64,000 nucleotides of DNA from an uncultured bacterium (GCA_963845185.1 CAWJRG010000005.1:160001-224000), one strand, 5' to 3'; counted from the first letter of the stretch, positions 10,301 to 22,225 are shown. The notes: generated by a model from the letters alone, not told the origin. Program-made: numbers and translations.

Positions 10301-13016
10301 TTGGAACAGTCGGCGTGTCTGTCCTTGTCGCCGTAGGTGTTATGGTATTTGTCAATGGCATGTTTATGGTATATGTCGCCGTAATTGTATATGTCCTTGT
10401 AGGCGATGGTGTATTTGTCTTTGTTGCTGTTATTGTTGGCGTTACCGAGTATGTAGGCGTAAATGTCGCTGATACTATTATTTGAGTAAATGTCATTGTT
10501 ATTGTGTACGAAGGTGTCTGCGTGCCTGTCGATGTATTTGTCGGTGTATTTGTTCTTGTTCCTGTAGATGACGGTGTGTTTGTCACTGTATTTATCGGCG
10601 TATTTGAAGGCGTATATGTATATGTGTATGTCGGCGTTATTGTTTTCGTTATGGTGAATGTCGGGGTAATCGTCGCCGATACTATTATTTGTGTAAATGT
10701 CATTGTTATTGTGTATGACGGCGTTTGTGTGCCTGTCGGCGTATTTGTAGCTGTGTTTGTCCTTGTCGCCGTAAACGAAGGCGTTCCTGTACTTGTGCCC
10801 GTAGGTGTATTTGTTTGAGTATCCGTTCTTGTCCCTGTCGCCGTTGGCGTGTCTGTGCTTGTATTAGGTAATGGCGTGTTTGTCCCCGTAGGTGTATTTG
10901 TTGGTGTATTAGTCAACGTATCTGTCCTTGTCCATGAAGGTGTAGGCGTATTTGTGTTTGTATTGGGCAACGGCGTACTTGTATCTGTCAAAGTAGGCGT
11001 AGGCGTTGACGTATATGTGTTCGTACTCGGTGGAGATGTGGGTGTCGCTGACCTTGTGTCCGTCGGCGTTACTGTCATTGTGTTTATTGCAGGCGGCGGC
11101 GTCAATGTCGGCGTTACTGTCTTTGTATTTATCGGCGTAGGCGTCCATCCTAGGCTTGGATAGAATCCTACATCGTCTATTGATAAATCTACTGCATGCC
11201 CGTAGTCATACGTCTGCCAGTTTATCTGCAGCAGGTGCTGCAATACCAGCGTTAAGCTTACTTTTGTGCCCCAGCCTGTTTCCTGCGTCAGGTCTGAAAA
11301 TGGTATCTGCATCTGTGTCCACGTGGTCGGCGGTATAAATGTATATTTGAAGTCGTTATACCCTGTGTTTGTTACTGAGTTTGGCATAAACCTCAGGCTG
11401 TACTGGTGCGTCCCGTCTCCTTTTATCGCCATGACAAATCCGCTGAATGCGCTTACATCCCTTGTCGTGGATGTTACCCTGTCCACGTTTGTCCCCAATC
11501 CAACGCACGGGTAATATATAGTCCCTGTACATGCAGAATTGTTGCAGCCGGTCGAACAGTATGTCGTGTACACATATCCCGTTATCCTGGCGCAATATGC
11601 CGAACCGTACGGGCTGCCTGGCCAACCTGGCGCTGTCATTACAAACGTTGTCTGTGCCTTCGGCCACACTGTCGTTGTGTCATTCGCGCATCCTGTCGTA
11701 CCATAATACGAGTACCATGCGCCTCCCCAGTTATTTATTGCATCCCCGTCTTCAAATGTATCCAGCAATGCCGCTGACGGCGTCTGCGTTATTGTCGGCG
11801 TAAATGTCGGCGTTCCTCCCTGTAAATTTAATAAGTTCCAATAATTCCCTGTCATCAACAGAAGCGATAATATCTGCCATGAGTCGTTATAATATGAATT
11901 CGGCGCAAAACTCCCTGTCTCTGTGCAGTAATTATTTAATGTTGTCTGGTATCCGTTATAATTCCTCATAAACGAACATCCTATCGGGCCGGTGAAGCAT
12001 GCGTTGTGATTGGTTCCTGTCACGGCCCCGCTTGATACTACATAGCCGTCCTCTATTGCCGTGGCTGCTATTGTGTTAAAGTGTACGGATATATACTGCA
12101 GCTCTGTCGCTGAGTCTACTCCATTCCATGTATAATATAACTCGAACCTCCATGGCACCCTGCATGAATTATATAAATAATCCAGCCCATTGCATGAGCC
12201 GTTTCCTCCGCTGTTGCACGGGTCTCCGTTCTCAACTGCTCCGTTTGCCAGGCATGAATCTCCTATTAGCCCGTTTGCCGTGCTACGGCATCCTCCTCCT
12301 GCCCATGTCGTCATTGCTGTTAACACAGCGTTCCATTTTGCAGAATTTGTCGTGTCTATGTTTGCCCATTCTGCGTAATATGCCGGATCCCAGTATGACG
12401 GATAATACCATGTGTTCCATTGGTCCCCCGGATTTACTGCCGACGTGCTTGAATCTATGTCGTGTGACAATACATACCCTTCCTCTGTCATTGCCGTCGC
12501 TCTTATGTTTGTATCATCTACTCCAGGTGTCGGGCCAAACTGCCGCGCCGCCATCAAAACTGAAAACGCTATGTCTTCGTCCGCGTCTGTCGCTGAATCT
12601 GCCGGGCTTGCTTTATTGCTTCCATCTGAATTCAGGTTCCATACCATTAGAGTGTTTGAGTCCAGATGCAACTGCATATAACTCCATAAATTGTTGTATA
12701 ATGCCGCGTCATTAAAATATACCGCCATCAACATACCGTATCCCATTCCTTCTGATACCGTGTCATTGCTCTGGTCCGGCCTCTCTACTCTATCGTATCC
12801 GGATGCCGCCACAACGTAATGCGTCTTCCACGTGTTGTACAGATTCAGCAGGTTTGAGTTGCTGTAACTTGTCGAGTATATGCCGTATGTATATGCCTTG
12901 CTTAATGGAAATGGAAAGTTGGCGTTTGTCTGTGTGATTATGTTTGCGCCAAATACCCCGCTGCTCAGAATGATTATAAAAAGGATCGCAATTGCCGTTA
13001 TTTTTCTTATTTTCAT
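7317..13016 (-). CDS. Multimodular secreted GH8 (1899 aa): GH8, CBM11/CIA30-like, Thr stalk, Ig-like, 2x CBM11-like, 2x Ig-like, T9SS-like CTD
   Basis: [12 protein letters not shown] and [11 protein letters not shown]8 motifs; W..ipFs.l.Q.GWG CBM11-like repeats; Ig-like repeats ([11 protein letters not shown]...SFTWVY); PYPNP...YYYVV...KIIILK tail. Confidence 0.88.
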   Translation of the reverse strand: MKIRKITAIAILFIIILSSGVFGANIITQTNANFPFPLSKAYTYGIYSTSYSNSNLLNLYNTWKTHYVVAASGYDRVERPDQSNDTVSEGMGYGMLMAVYFNDAALYNNLWSYMQLHLDSNTLMVWNLNSDGSNKASPADSATDADEDIAFSVLMAARQFGPTPGVDDTNIRATAMTEEGYVLSHDIDSSTSAVNPGDQWNTWYYPSYWDPAYYAEWANIDTTNSAKWNAVLTAMTTWAGGGCRSTANGLIGDSCLANGAVENGDPCNSGGNGSCNGLDYLYNSCRVPWRFELYYTWNGVDSATELQYISVHFNTIAATAIEDGYVVSSGAVTGTNHNACFTGPIGCSFMRNYNGYQTTLNNYCTETGSFAPNSYYNDSWQILSLLLMTGNYWNLLNLQGGTPTFTPTITQTPSAALLDTFEDGDAINNWGGAWYSYYGTTGCANDTTTVWPKAQTTFVMTAPGWPGSPYGSAYCARITGYVYTTYCSTGCNNSACTGTIYYPCVGLGTNVDRVTSTTRDVSAFSGFVMAIKGDGTHQYSLRFMPNSVTNTGYNDFKYTFIPPTTWTQMQIPFSDLTQETGWGTKVSLTLVLQHLLQINWQTYDYGHAVDLSIDDVGFYPSLGWTPTPINTKTVTPTLTPPPAINTMTVTPTDTRSATPTSPPSTNTYTSTPTPTLTDTSTPLPNTNTNTPTPSWTRTDTLTNTPTNTPTGTNTPLPNTSTDTPTATGTRTDTQTNTPTGTSTGTPSFTATRTNTATNTPTGTQTPSYTITMTFTQIIVSATITPTFTITKTITPTYTYTYTPSNTPINTVTNTPSSTGTRTNTPTNTSTGTQTPSYTITMTFTQIIVSATFTPTYSVTPTITATKTNTPSPTRTYTITATYTINMPLTNTITPTATRTDTPTVPTATPTIAIDLVANITVSPASVGTGQDITVVMQVQNTGTGTANNVAPSALSQSGGGAATLVSGPSPASATIGSNASASFTWVYNIVICSNITFNGTASGTDAGDGVVMTSTSAASNAFTCATPTYTPTLPTAPTATFTPTVPSSLCQVDKIANCSNQDAWGGYWYTYNDAGSTVWPSGAGAFVMSSPGYDNGTDCAAQLTGTVDAGGQIGMGMQLNANAGSPTYQVTDLSGAIGIRFYVKGDGATYEIKIPYTNSSGTELDGYDSYAYTFTAPAGWTLVTVPFSSLKQAGWGTAVALLTVLQNAKEVQFQTTAAPLASVDLWVDNFEIYGCGATATNTPPPGPTATNTPQPVCQLDTMASCSNQNAWGGYWYTYNDAASTVWPSTASGPFVMSSPGFSTGADCAALMTGSVAAAGGYIGMGTQLNGKAGSPTYQTTDISGAIGIRFETKGDGATYEIKIPYTNSSGTELDGYDSYAYTFTAPAGWTLITIPFTSFKQAGWGTAEPLNTVLQNAKEVQFQTTAAPQASVTLWIDNFEIYCNVPTVTVTTQVVNTATYTVTPSATGTNTTVPPTLTSTSTSTGTQTATPTITATPTYTITMTVPPGSTMTNTPTITPTIAINLAASLTVSPGSAATGQYITVVMLVANTGANTADNVAPSVLSQSGGGAATLVSGPSPANATINGNSSDSFTWVYAVVIANNITFNGTVSGTDAVDGVTEIVASAASNLFTCATATVTVTPAITNTLTATPTVAINLVINSLTISPSSAVNGQNITIVMQVQNTGANTANNVAPSSLVLTSGGGGSATLVSGPSPANATMAKNAQASFTWVYTVSSTTGTVTFNATVSGTDSVDGVTVTSASAMSNACSCSSATKTPTPALSTATMTPIAVPTGVLTVGTVLPYPNPINPTVWPLNIRVNVTTDNIDSMKVKIYTTAYRLIMQKEFDGPSVENGVATLTFDIKDLYNLSEGAYYYVVIAEKGGVTVRSKVDKIIILK

Positions 13017-13105
13017 AACTTTGCCTCCTGCTTTCTATGTTTTTATATATATCTGTATTCCTGTTTCTTCCTTCTTTTTAGACAACTTTAAACCAAAAAA
13101 GTTCC
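11085..13105. repeat. ~2.0-kb near-identical direct repeat, copy 1 (copy 2 at 18798-20818, offset 7713)
   Basis: Covers the 5' UTR, signal peptide, GH8 and first CBM; only scattered substitutions between copies. Confidence 0.92.
13078..13105 (-). promoter_or_regulatory. ECF (RpoE-like) promoter upstream of GH8 gene 1
   Basis: GGAACT-TTTTTGGTTTAAAGTT-GTCTAA, 16-nt spacer, matching the GGAACT/GTCnAA ECF consensus. Confidence 0.65.
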
Positions 13106-13121
13106 AATAATCTTATTAACA

Positions 13122-13150
13122 ATTTTATTCAGTAAATACTGATTTGTCAA
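13122..13150 (-). promoter_or_regulatory. Sigma70-type promoter of GH8 gene 1 with a palindrome in the spacer
   Basis: TTGACA-N17-TAAAAT; TCAGTA-aa-TACTGA at 13129-13142. Confidence 0.6.
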
Positions 13151-13377
13151 GGTGTTTTTGTACGATTAAATAATGCCTTTGCTGTGCAATGGCAAATATT
13201 GTTTTTTGGATAATATCCATCAATAACTGATGGGTTTACAATATGATTGCGTCCCAAATAGCAGCCGCTTCCCTGTTATATTGTCAATATATTTTAAAAA
13301 AATTTCGGCTTTGTCCGTATGCAGCACAAACAAAAAGGTTTATGTCCGGGCGATACATCAAGCCCGGCATAATAAAA

Positions 13378-13412
13378 AAAACAGGAGCGGATTAAAGTAC
13401 CGCTCCTGTTTT
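13378..13412. terminator. Intrinsic terminator after the second GH8 gene
   Basis: AAAACAGGAGCGG ... CCGCTCCTGTTTT with a long T-tail on the minus strand. Confidence 0.85.
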
Positions 13413-13436
13413 AAATCTCTTAAGTATTTTAAAAAA

Positions 13437-16400
13437 TTACTTTAATATAATAATCTTGTCTATCTTGGACCTTACCTTTACTCCGCCTTTTTCCGCAATT
13501 ACCACGTAGTAATATGAGCCTTCGCTGAGGTCTTTAAGGTTATCATCGCTGTCGTCGCATTGCAAAACACCGCTGCTTGCTACTAGCTGCGCTGCTTTTC
13601 CATCAAATGTATGCTGCTTTATCAGCCTGTAAGATGCTGTATATATCTTAAGCGTTATTTTCTCTACGTCGCTTGGCGTTATGTTAACCTTAATTTTCAA
13701 AGGCTGTATTACCGGATTAATTGGGTTCGGATAAGGCAAAGGCGGTCCTACTGTCACTCCTGTTGCCAGCGGTGTCGCCGTATATGTCGGTGTCGCTGTA
13801 ATCGTAGGTGTCTGTGTCATAGTCGCTGGCGAGCATGAGAATGTGTTGCTCGTTGCCGGCGCGCTTGTATCGGTCACTCCGTCAACCGCATCCGTGCCGC
13901 TTGCCGTATCGTTAAATGTTACAGTTGTGCCTGGCCCGGATGTCACTTGGTATACCCATGTAAATGACGCTTGTGCACCTGCGCCTATCGCAGTTGCAGC
14001 CGGCGCGCTTCCCTGCAGAGTAACTGACCCTGTGCTGCCTGCCGTTAATGCCGGCGCTGACGGCACCACGTTATTTGCTGTGTTTGTACCGTTATTTTTC
14101 ACCTGTATCACTACCGTTATAATCTGGCCTTGTCCGCCGCTTGAAGGCGATATCGTTATGTTGTTTATTACAAGGTTTATCGCTATGGTCGGCGTTACTG
14201 TCGGCGTATTTGTCGCTGTATTAACTGGCGTGTTCGTCGCTGTCGCGCATGTGAATGTGTTGCTGGATATTGATCCGGTTGTCAAAACCACCCCGTCAAC
14301 CGCGTCTGTGCCGCTTACTGTCCCGCTGAATGTTATATTGCTGCATATTACAACATTATACACCCATGTAAACGAGGTTTGTGAATTCCCGTTTATTGTC
14401 GTATTTGCAGGGATTGGCCCGCTTACCAGCGTGGCTGCTCCTCCGCCGGATTGCGACAATGCTGACGGTGCCACGTTATTAGCAGCGTTACCGCCTGTGT
14501 TTACAACCAGCATAACTACAGTTATGTTCTGGCCGCTCGCAGCGCTTGCCGGTGATATTGTCAAACTTGTTATAAAGTTAATAGCTATTGTCGGTGTTGC
14601 TGTCGGCGTGTTTGTCGGCGTGCTTGTCACTGTCGCTGTCGCGCACGTGAATGTGTTGCTCGATGATGAGCCGCTGGTCATGCCGACTCCGTCCACAGCG
14701 TCGGTACCGCTTACAGTCCCGCTGAATGTTATATTGCCGCATGTTATTACAGTATATACCCATGTGAAAGATGTTTGCGCACCACTTCCGCCTAATGTCG
14801 CGCTTGCAGGGCTTGGCCCGCTTACCAGCGTAGTTGCTCCTGCGCCTGATTGCGACAACACTGACGGCGCTACGTTATCCGCTGTGTTTGCGTCTGTATT
14901 TTGCACCTGCATCACAACTGTAATATTCTGTCCAACAGCAACGCTTGCCGGCGATATCGTTATGCTGTTTATTACAAGGTTTATATCTATCGTCGGCGTT
15001 ACTGTCGGCGTGTCTGTCTTTGTAGAACCAAGCGGCACCGGTGTATCTGTTATGGTAATTGTATAAGTCGGCGTCCATGTTGGTGTCACTGTCAATGTCC
15101 GCGTTTCTGTCAATGTTGATGTTTCTGTTACACTAGGCGTCCCTGTAGGTGTAGCTGTCAATGTCCGTGTATCTGTTGATGTCGGCGTTGATGTTTCTGT
15201 TGACGTTGGCGTCCTCGTCGGCGTATTAGTACCTGTTGCGGTCAGTGTCGGTGTATTTGTCGCTGTATTTGCCAGCGTGCTTGTCGCTGAAACCACAGGC
15301 GTGAATGTCACAGTAGGAACGATGCAGTATATCTCAAAGTTGTCTATCCATAGTGTTACGCTTGCCTGCGGCGCTGCTGTCGTCTGGAATTGTATATCTT
15401 TTGCGTTTTGCAATACTGTGTTCAATGGCACTGCTGTTCCCCATCCTGCCTGTTTGAAAGACGTGAATGGTATTGTTATAAGCGTCCATCCTGCCGGCGC
15501 TGTAAACGTTGCTGCGTAACTATCGTACCCGTCAAGCTCGGTACCGCTTGAGTTCGTGTACGGTATCTTTATTTCATATGTCGCTCCGTCTCCCTTTGTT
15601 TCGAACCTTATACCTACCGCTCCGCTTATATCGGTTACCTGATATGTCGGTGACCCTGCTTTTCCGTTTAACTGCATTCCCATTCCTATGTATCCGCCTG
15701 CTGCCGCTACAGACCCTGTCATAAGAGCCGCGCAGTCCGCTCCTCCGCTAAACCCGGGCGAACTCATTGCAAACGCAGTCCCTGTCACTGGCCATTCTGT
15801 CGATGCTGCGTCATCAAATGTGTACCAGTAACCGCCCCATGCGTCCTGATTGCTGCAACTTGCCATTGTATCAACCTGGCATACGGGTTGAGGCGTATTT
15901 GTTGGTGTAGGCCCTGTAGTAGGCGTATCCGTCGCTGTTGCCCCGCAGCCGTATATAGTAAAGTTGTCTATCCATAAATCTACGCTCGCCTGCGGCGATG
16001 CTACTGTCTGGAATTGTACCTCTTTCGCGTTTTGTAATACTGTAAGCAACGCTACCGCTGTTCCCCATCCTGCCTGTTTCAATGATGAGAACGGCACTGT
16101 TACCAAAGTCCAGCCTGCCGGCGCTGTAAACGTTGCTGCGTAACTATCGTATCCGTCAAGCTCGGTACCGCTTGAGTTCGTGTACGGTATTTTTATTTCA
16201 TATGTCCCTCCGTCTCCCTTTGTATAGAAGCTTATCCCTATTGCTCCGCTCAAGTCTGTTACCTGATATGTCGGGGACCCTGCGTTCGCGTTCAGCTGCA
16301 TCCCCATTCCTATCTGGCCGCCTGCATCAACTGTACCAGTTATTTGCGCCGCGCAGTCCGCGCCTCCGTCATATCCGCCCGTACTCATTACAAACGCACC

Positions 16401-19400
16401 TGCTCCTGATGGCCATACCGTCGATCCAGCGTCGTTATACGTGTACCAGTAACCGCCCCATGCGTCCTGGTTACTGCAATTTACCATTTTATCCGTCTGG
16501 CACAGGGAGGTTGGCACTATTGACGTGTATGTCGCTGTCGGCACGAATACAGTTGATGTAAATGTCGCTGTATTGACCGGCGTGTCTGTATATGTAATAG
16601 GCGCCGTATTTGTAAGCGTCGCTGTATCGGACGGTGTATCTGTCTTTGTATTCACCGGCGTAGCCGTATACGTAAATGTCGATGTATTGGTTGACGTTAC
16701 AGTTCTGGAAGGAGTTCCTGTGTATGTTGGCGTAATCGTAGCTGATATTATCACTACAGTATAAGTCATAGTTATTGTGTATGTCGGCGTATTTGTTCCT
16801 GTATATGTAGCTGTAATTGTCCTTGTTCCTGTCGGTGTTGCTGTAATTGATGGTGTAGTTGTCTGGGTGAAAGACGACGTTGCCACGGGCGTGTTTGTCG
16901 ATGTATTCACCGGCGTGTTTGTCCACGTCAAAGTAACTGTGTATGTTGGCGTGTTTGTCGCTGTATTTGTCCTTGTTACTGTCGGCGATACTGTATATGT
17001 TGGAGTAATTGTTGCTGATACTATTATTGTTGTAAATGTCATTGTTATTGTGTATGTAGGTGTCGGCGTATTTGTCGGCGTATTTGTCAGCGTATTTGTC
17101 GGCGTATTTGTGCCTGTGTTTGTCCTTGTCACCGTAAGCGAAGGCGTCCCTGTGTTTGTAAATGTAGGCGCAGTCGTGTTTGTTCCTGTCGCTGTTAAAG
17201 TTGCAGTGTTCTGTTGCGTGCTTGTCCACGTAAGAGTTACTGTGTATGTAGGAGTATTTGTTGCCGTATTTGTCCTCGTTGCTGTTGATGACGGCGTGTT
17301 TGTCGGCGATATGGTGTATGTAGGAGTAATCGTCGCTGAAATTATCACTACTGTAAAAGTCATTGTTATTGTGTATGTCGGAGTCTGCGTGCCTGTCGGT
17401 GTATTTGTCGGTGTATTTGTGCCTGTATTTGTCCTTGTCGCCGTAAGCGAAGGCGTCCCCGTCGACGTTAAAGTTGCAGTGTTCTGTAATGTATTTGTCC
17501 ACGTTAAAGTAACTGTATATGTCGGCGTGTTTGTCGCTGTGTTTGTCCTTGTTCCTGTAGACGTCGGCGTGCTTGTCCCTGTCGATGTTAAAGTCACTGT
17601 GTTCTGAGGTGTGCTTGTCCACGTAAGAGTTACTGTATATGTAGGAGTATTTGTTGCCGTATTTGTCCTCGTTCCCGTAAATGTCGGTGTGTTTGTTACT
17701 GTAATTGTCGGCGATACCGTGTATGTAGGAGTAATAGTAGCTGATATTATCACTACTGTAAAAGTCATCGTTATCGTGTATGTTGGCGTCTGCGTGCCTG
17801 TCGGTGAGTTTGTCGGCGTATTTGTGCCTGTGTTTGTCCTTGTAGCCGTAAACGTAGGCGTACCTGTAGGTGTGCCCGTAGGTGTACTTGTCGGCGTATC
17901 TGAGACTGTATTCACCGGTGTGTTTGTCAATGTCAGGGTATATGTATATGTATACGTAAATGTCCTTGTAAAAGTGAACGAAGGAGTAATTGATGGGGTG
18001 TTTGTAGCTGTATTCACCGGCGTGTTTGTCCACGTCAAAGTTACTGTATATGTGTATGTAGACGTATATGTAGGCGTATTTGTTCCTGTATTTGTCCTTG
18101 TTGCTGTAAGCGTTGGCGTATTTGTAACCGTATTTGCCGGCGTGTTTGTCCACGTCAGAGTTACTGTATATGTATATGTCGGCGTATCTGTAGGCGTATT
18201 TGTCCCTGTATTTGTCCTTGTCGCTGTACTTGACATCGATGGTGATTGCGTAGGCGTGTTTGTTAATGTATTCGCCGGCGTGTTTGTCCACGTCAAAGTT
18301 ACTGTATATGTATATGTAAACGTATCTGTAGGCGTATTTATCCCTGTGTTTGTCCTTGTTGCTGTAAGCGTAGACGTATTTGTAGGTGTATTTGTCGAAG
18401 TATATGTCGCTGTATTTACCGGCGTATTTGTGGCTGTATTCACCGGTGTATTTGTCCACGTCAAAGTTAATGTATATGTAGACGTGCGTGTACTTGTTAT
18501 CGTAGGCGTAACCGTCACTGATGGCGTACTTGTCACTGTAGATGTTAAAGTTATTGTGTTCTGTGGCGTGTTTGTCCATGTTAGAGTTACTGTATATGTA
18601 GACGTATTTGTACCTGTATTTGTCCTTGTCGCTGTAGACGTAGGTGTGGCCGTGCTTGTATATGTAGGCGTATTTGTACCTGTGTTTGTCCTTGTCGCCG
18701 TAAACGTAGACGTAGGCGTTGACGTATATGTGCTCGTACTGGGTAACGGCGTATTTGTTATTGTCGGTGAAGGTGTTGGAGTTATTGTCATTGTAGGTAT
18801 TGCAGGCGGCGGCGTCAGTGTCGGCGTTACTGTCTTCGTATTTATCGGCGTAGGCGTCCATCCCAGGCTTGGATAGAATCCTACATCGTCTATTGATAAA
18901 TCTACTGCATGCCCGTAATCATACGTCTGCCAGTTTATCTGCAGCAGATGCTGCAATACCAGCGTCAAACTTACTTTTGTACCCCACCCTGTTTCCTGCG
19001 TCAGGTCTGAAAATGGTATCTGCATCTGCGTCCACGTGGTCGGCGGTATAAATGTATATTTGAAGTCGTTATACCCTGTGTTTGTTACTGAGTTCGGCAT
19101 AAACCTCAGGCTGTACTGGTGCGTCCCGTCTCCTTTTATCGCCATTACAAATCCGCTGAATGCGCTTACATCCCTTGTCGTGGATGTTACCCTGTCTACG
19201 TTTGTCCCTAATCCAACGCACGGATAATATATAGTCCCTGTACATGCAGAATTGTTGCAACTGGTCGAACAGTATGTCGTGTATACATATCCCGTTATCC
19301 TGGCGCAATATGCCGTACCATACGGGCTGCCTGGCCAACCTGGCGCTGTCATTACAAACGTTGTCTGTGCCTTCGGCCACACTGTCGTTGTATCATTCGC

Positions 19401-20729
19401 GCATCCTGTCGTACCATAATACGAGTACCATGCGCCTCCCCAGTTATTTATTGCATCCCCGTCTTCAAATGTATCCAGCAATGCCGCCGACGGCGTCTGC
19501 GTTATTGTCGGCGTAAATGTCGGCGTTCCTCCCTGTAAATTTAATAAGTTCCAATAATTCCCTGTCATCAACAGAAGCGATAATATCTGCCATGAGTCGT
19601 TATAATATGAATTCGGCGCAAAACTCCCTGTCTCTGTGCAGTAATTATTTAACGTTGTCTGGTAACCATTATAATTCCTCATAAACGAACATCCTATCGG
19701 GCCGGTGAAGCATGCGTTGTGATTGGTTCCTGTCACGGCCCCGCTTGATACTACATAGCCGTCCTCTATTGCCGTGGCTGCTATTGTGTTAAAGTGTACG
19801 GATATATACTGCAGCTCTGTCGCTGAGTCTACTCCATTCCATGTATAATATAACTCGAACCTCCATGGCACCCTGCATGAATTATATAAATAATCCAGCC
19901 CATTGCATGAGCCGTTTCCTCCGCTGTTGCACGGGTCTCCGTTCTCAACTGCTCCGTTTGCCAGGCATGAATCTCCTATTAGCCCGTTTGCCGTGCTACG
20001 GCATCCTCCTCCTGCCCATGTCGTCATTGCTGTTAACACAGCGTTCCATTTTGCAGAATTTGTCGTGTCTATGTTTGCCCATTCTGCGTAATATGCCGGA
20101 TCCCAGTATGACGGATAATACCATGTGTTCCATTGGTCCCCCGGATTTACTGCCGACGTGCTTGAATCTATGTCGTGTGACAATACATACCCTTCCTCTG
20201 TCATTGCCGTCGCTCTTATGTTTGTATCATCTACTCCAGGTGTCGGGCCAAACTGCCGCGCCGCCATCAAAACTGAAAACGCTATGTCTTCGTCCGCGTC
20301 TGTCGCTGAATCTGCAGGGCTTGCTTTATTGCTTCCATCTGAATTCAGGTTCCATACCATTAGAGTGTTTGAGTCCAGATGCAACTGCATATAACTCCAT
20401 AAATTGTTGTATAATGCCGCGTCATTAAAATATACCGCCATCAACATACCGTATCCCATTCCTTCTGATACCGTGTCATTGCTCTGGTCCGGCCTCTCTA
20501 CTCTATCGTATCCGGATGCCGCCACAACGTAATGCGTCTTCCACGTGTTGTACAGATTCAGCAGGTTTGAGTTGCTGTAACTTGTCGAGTATATGCCGTA
20601 TGTATATGCCTTGCTTAATGGAAATGGAAAGTTGGCGTTTGTCTGTGTGATTATGTTTGCGCCAAATACCCCGCTGCTCAGAATGATTATAAAAAGGATC
20701 GCAATTGCCGTTATTTTTCTTATTTTCAT
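13437..20729 (-). CDS. Multimodular secreted GH8 paralogue (2430 aa): GH8, CBM11-like, ~790-aa Thr stalk, 2x CBM11-like, 3x Ig-like, T9SS-like CTD
   Basis: First ~640 aa essentially identical to 7317..13016; PYPNP...KIIILK tail. Confidence 0.88.
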   Translation of the reverse strand: MKIRKITAIAILFIIILSSGVFGANIITQTNANFPFPLSKAYTYGIYSTSYSNSNLLNLYNTWKTHYVVAASGYDRVERPDQSNDTVSEGMGYGMLMAVYFNDAALYNNLWSYMQLHLDSNTLMVWNLNSDGSNKASPADSATDADEDIAFSVLMAARQFGPTPGVDDTNIRATAMTEEGYVLSHDIDSSTSAVNPGDQWNTWYYPSYWDPAYYAEWANIDTTNSAKWNAVLTAMTTWAGGGCRSTANGLIGDSCLANGAVENGDPCNSGGNGSCNGLDYLYNSCRVPWRFELYYTWNGVDSATELQYISVHFNTIAATAIEDGYVVSSGAVTGTNHNACFTGPIGCSFMRNYNGYQTTLNNYCTETGSFAPNSYYNDSWQILSLLLMTGNYWNLLNLQGGTPTFTPTITQTPSAALLDTFEDGDAINNWGGAWYSYYGTTGCANDTTTVWPKAQTTFVMTAPGWPGSPYGTAYCARITGYVYTTYCSTSCNNSACTGTIYYPCVGLGTNVDRVTSTTRDVSAFSGFVMAIKGDGTHQYSLRFMPNSVTNTGYNDFKYTFIPPTTWTQMQIPFSDLTQETGWGTKVSLTLVLQHLLQINWQTYDYGHAVDLSIDDVGFYPSLGWTPTPINTKTVTPTLTPPPAIPTMTITPTPSPTITNTPLPSTSTYTSTPTSTFTATRTNTGTNTPTYTSTATPTSTATRTNTGTNTSTYTVTLTWTNTPQNTITLTSTVTSTPSVTVTPTITSTRTSTYTLTLTWTNTPVNTATNTPVNTATYTSTNTPTNTSTLTATRTNTGINTPTDTFTYTYTVTLTWTNTPANTLTNTPTQSPSMSSTATRTNTGTNTPTDTPTYTYTVTLTWTNTPANTVTNTPTLTATRTNTGTNTPTYTSTYTYTVTLTWTNTPVNTATNTPSITPSFTFTRTFTYTYTYTLTLTNTPVNTVSDTPTSTPTGTPTGTPTFTATRTNTGTNTPTNSPTGTQTPTYTITMTFTVVIISATITPTYTVSPTITVTNTPTFTGTRTNTATNTPTYTVTLTWTSTPQNTVTLTSTGTSTPTSTGTRTNTATNTPTYTVTLTWTNTLQNTATLTSTGTPSLTATRTNTGTNTPTNTPTGTQTPTYTITMTFTVVIISATITPTYTISPTNTPSSTATRTNTATNTPTYTVTLTWTSTQQNTATLTATGTNTTAPTFTNTGTPSLTVTRTNTGTNTPTNTLTNTPTNTPTPTYTITMTFTTIIVSATITPTYTVSPTVTRTNTATNTPTYTVTLTWTNTPVNTSTNTPVATSSFTQTTTPSITATPTGTRTITATYTGTNTPTYTITMTYTVVIISATITPTYTGTPSRTVTSTNTSTFTYTATPVNTKTDTPSDTATLTNTAPITYTDTPVNTATFTSTVFVPTATYTSIVPTSLCQTDKMVNCSNQDAWGGYWYTYNDAGSTVWPSGAGAFVMSTGGYDGGADCAAQITGTVDAGGQIGMGMQLNANAGSPTYQVTDLSGAIGISFYTKGDGGTYEIKIPYTNSSGTELDGYDSYAATFTAPAGWTLVTVPFSSLKQAGWGTAVALLTVLQNAKEVQFQTVASPQASVDLWIDNFTIYGCGATATDTPTTGPTPTNTPQPVCQVDTMASCSNQDAWGGYWYTFDDAASTEWPVTGTAFAMSSPGFSGGADCAALMTGSVAAAGGYIGMGMQLNGKAGSPTYQVTDISGAVGIRFETKGDGATYEIKIPYTNSSGTELDGYDSYAATFTAPAGWTLITIPFTSFKQAGWGTAVPLNTVLQNAKDIQFQTTAAPQASVTLWIDNFEIYCIVPTVTFTPVVSATSTLANTATNTPTLTATGTNTPTRTPTSTETSTPTSTDTRTLTATPTGTPSVTETSTLTETRTLTVTPTWTPTYTITITDTPVPLGSTKTDTPTVTPTIDINLVINSITISPASVAVGQNITVVMQVQNTDANTADNVAPSVLSQSGAGATTLVSGPSPASATLGGSGAQTSFTWVYTVITCGNITFSGTVSGTDAVDGVGMTSGSSSSNTFTCATATVTSTPTNTPTATPTIAINFITSLTISPASAASGQNITVVMLVVNTGGNAANNVAPSALSQSGGGAATLVSGPIPANTTINGNSQTSFTWVYNVVICSNITFSGTVSGTDAVDGVVLTTGSISSNTFTCATATNTPVNTATNTPTVTPTIAINLVINNITISPSSGGQGQIITVVIQVKNNGTNTANNVVPSAPALTAGSTGSVTLQGSAPAATAIGAGAQASFTWVYQVTSGPGTTVTFNDTASGTDAVDGVTDTSAPATSNTFSCSPATMTQTPTITATPTYTATPLATGVTVGPPLPYPNPINPVIQPLKIKVNITPSDVEKITLKIYTASYRLIKQHTFDGKAAQLVASSGVLQCDDSDDNLKDLSEGSYYYVVIAEKGGVKVRSKIDKIIILK

Positions 20730-20818
20730 AACTTTGCCTCCCGCTTTCTATGTTTTTATATATATCGATATTCCTATTTCTTCCTTCTTTTTAGACAACT
20801 TCTCCCCAAAAAAGTTCC
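18798..20818. repeat. ~2.0-kb near-identical direct repeat, copy 2
   Basis: Matches 11085-13105. Confidence 0.92.
20791..20818 (-). promoter_or_regulatory. ECF (RpoE-like) promoter upstream of GH8 gene 2
   Basis: GGAACT-TTTTTGGGGAGAAGTT-GTCTAA; hexamers identical to 13078-13105 while the spacer has diverged. Confidence 0.65.
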
Positions 20819-20837
20819 GTTTATTTTCTTGTATATA

Positions 20838-20866
20838 AATATATATTATTTTTGGCTTCTTGTCAA
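20838..20866 (-). promoter_or_regulatory. Possible sigma70-type promoter of GH8 gene 2
   Basis: TTGACA-N17-TATATT at a position equivalent to 13122-13150, without the spacer palindrome. Confidence 0.45.
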
Positions 20867-21184
20867 GGTATTTTATTATCTTGTATATGCTATAAATAAG
20901 CAGAAAAAGGCTGTTTTTCTTTGTATAATAACATTATCAACAATTTAAATAAATTTACCTATAAGATAGTTAATGAGAATTAAAATCCGGAATAATTTTA
21001 CCCTTATTCGCGCTCACAAACAGATTTTCGATTCATATTCCCTTTTTTGTCTTCCAGCATCTTTCCTGTCTTTCGTATCACTTTTAAATCACAAATTTTA
21101 AATTGTCAATGCAATCTCAGAAACTGTTTTTTGCTGGGTAAAATAGGATAATTTTCGGCGTGATAAATGCATTATAAAAAAAAT

Positions 21185-22158
21185 TTATCTTTTTACTACT
21201 ATATAACCTTTAACAACCCTGCTCCCTATCTGCATATATACAAAATATACATCATTTGCAACTGCTGCATTACTGTCATTTCTTCCGTACCAATAAGCTT
21301 CATAATATCCCGGGTCTCATCCTGGTCCATCAATACACTTACTGGCCTCATTGCTTTGTCATATATAATCACTTTAACCCTTGCATTTTCCTCAACCTTA
21401 ACCCTGATTATTGCCGCATCCATTTTCGACGGATTAATAACATTGTTTCCCACTATTGCTTTTTGCTGCTCAAGCAAACAACCATACGGGCAATTTTTGC
21501 CCTTGTCATTGTTATCGGCGGCTGTCACTTTTGAATCTGTTGACGAAACACTGCCTTGCATCCGGTTTACCGCATAAGCCTGTTGCGCAGGTTTATTAAC
21601 TGCCTGGCTGTTAACTGCAATATTATCACCGCCGCTGTTATTATTTATCGCTGCTGCCTGGACTTCCTTTTTTTCCGCAACAACTTTATTGTTTATTTCC
21701 TGCTTAATTTCCTGTTTTGCCGGTTCTTTCATCATTGCCTGCACAACAGGTTTTATTTTTTTGTTGTTAACAGCCGTAACTGATTTATGCTCCACCTTCT
21801 TTTCAACAAAATTAATCTTTTCATTTATATTATTTAAAGGCATCTGCATAATGAATACTGCGATTATTAGAATTACTGCAAAACTGACCGCGTAATTAAA
21901 TACAGGGAAAATGCTTAAGCCGGGTTTTTCTATTCCTGTAATATTGGCCATTATTTTGCCCTCTATATAATAGGGCACATCCACTGGCAAAGAATTCATT
22001 AGTTTCCTGTATTTCTGCATATCGGAGTAGTAATTTCGGCATTCGGAACATTCAGCTTTATGCTTATTTAATACTCCGTAATCTTCAATTTCTGCTCCGT
22101 TTTCCAGGTCTTTCATTATCATCTCTCGGTACTTTTTGCATTCCTTCCTGACTTTCAT
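21185..22158 (-). CDS. Zinc-finger (ZAS-type) transmembrane anti-sigma factor with C-terminal FlgD/CTD-like domain; single-base frameshift near 21310
   Basis: HxxxCxxC (HKAECSEC); one TM helix; adding one C in ACCCGGG gives ...DETPGYYEAYWYGRNDSNAAVANDVYFVYMQIGSRVVKGYIVVKR* ending at 21185; immediately downstream of the ECF sigma gene. Confidence 0.75.
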
Positions 22159-22189
22159 TTAATTTCACCTTCCTTATTCTTACAAATTA

Positions 22190-22217
22190 TATGACAAACC
22201 AAACTGAAAAAAGTTTC
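22190..22217 (-). promoter_or_regulatory. ECF-type promoter between the sigma and anti-sigma genes
   Basis: GAAACT-TTTTTCAGTTTGGTTT-GTCATA, 16-nt spacer, same architecture as the two GH8 promoters. Confidence 0.55.
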
Positions 22218-22225
22218 GCTATATT

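Noticed and set aside
16489..18861. 790-aa Tyr/Lys/Asp-rich overlapping ORF on the minus strand
   Set aside because: Alternative frame of the low-complexity Thr stalk, stop-free for compositional reasons
13843..18876. Long Val-rich plus-strand ORFs (407, 276 and 421 aa; also 46265..47395)
   Set aside because: Antisense shadows of Thr (ACN) codon repeats in the GH8 and adhesin stalks; no RBS or domain signal
5078..20729. Cellulosome components
   Set aside because: No dockerin GDxNxDGxxNxxD duplicated motif or cohesin; the tails are CTD-like
11085..20818. Diversity-generating retroelement TR/VR pair
   Set aside because: The repeat is ~2 kb, coding in both copies, differences are not adenine-specific, and no reverse transcriptase is present
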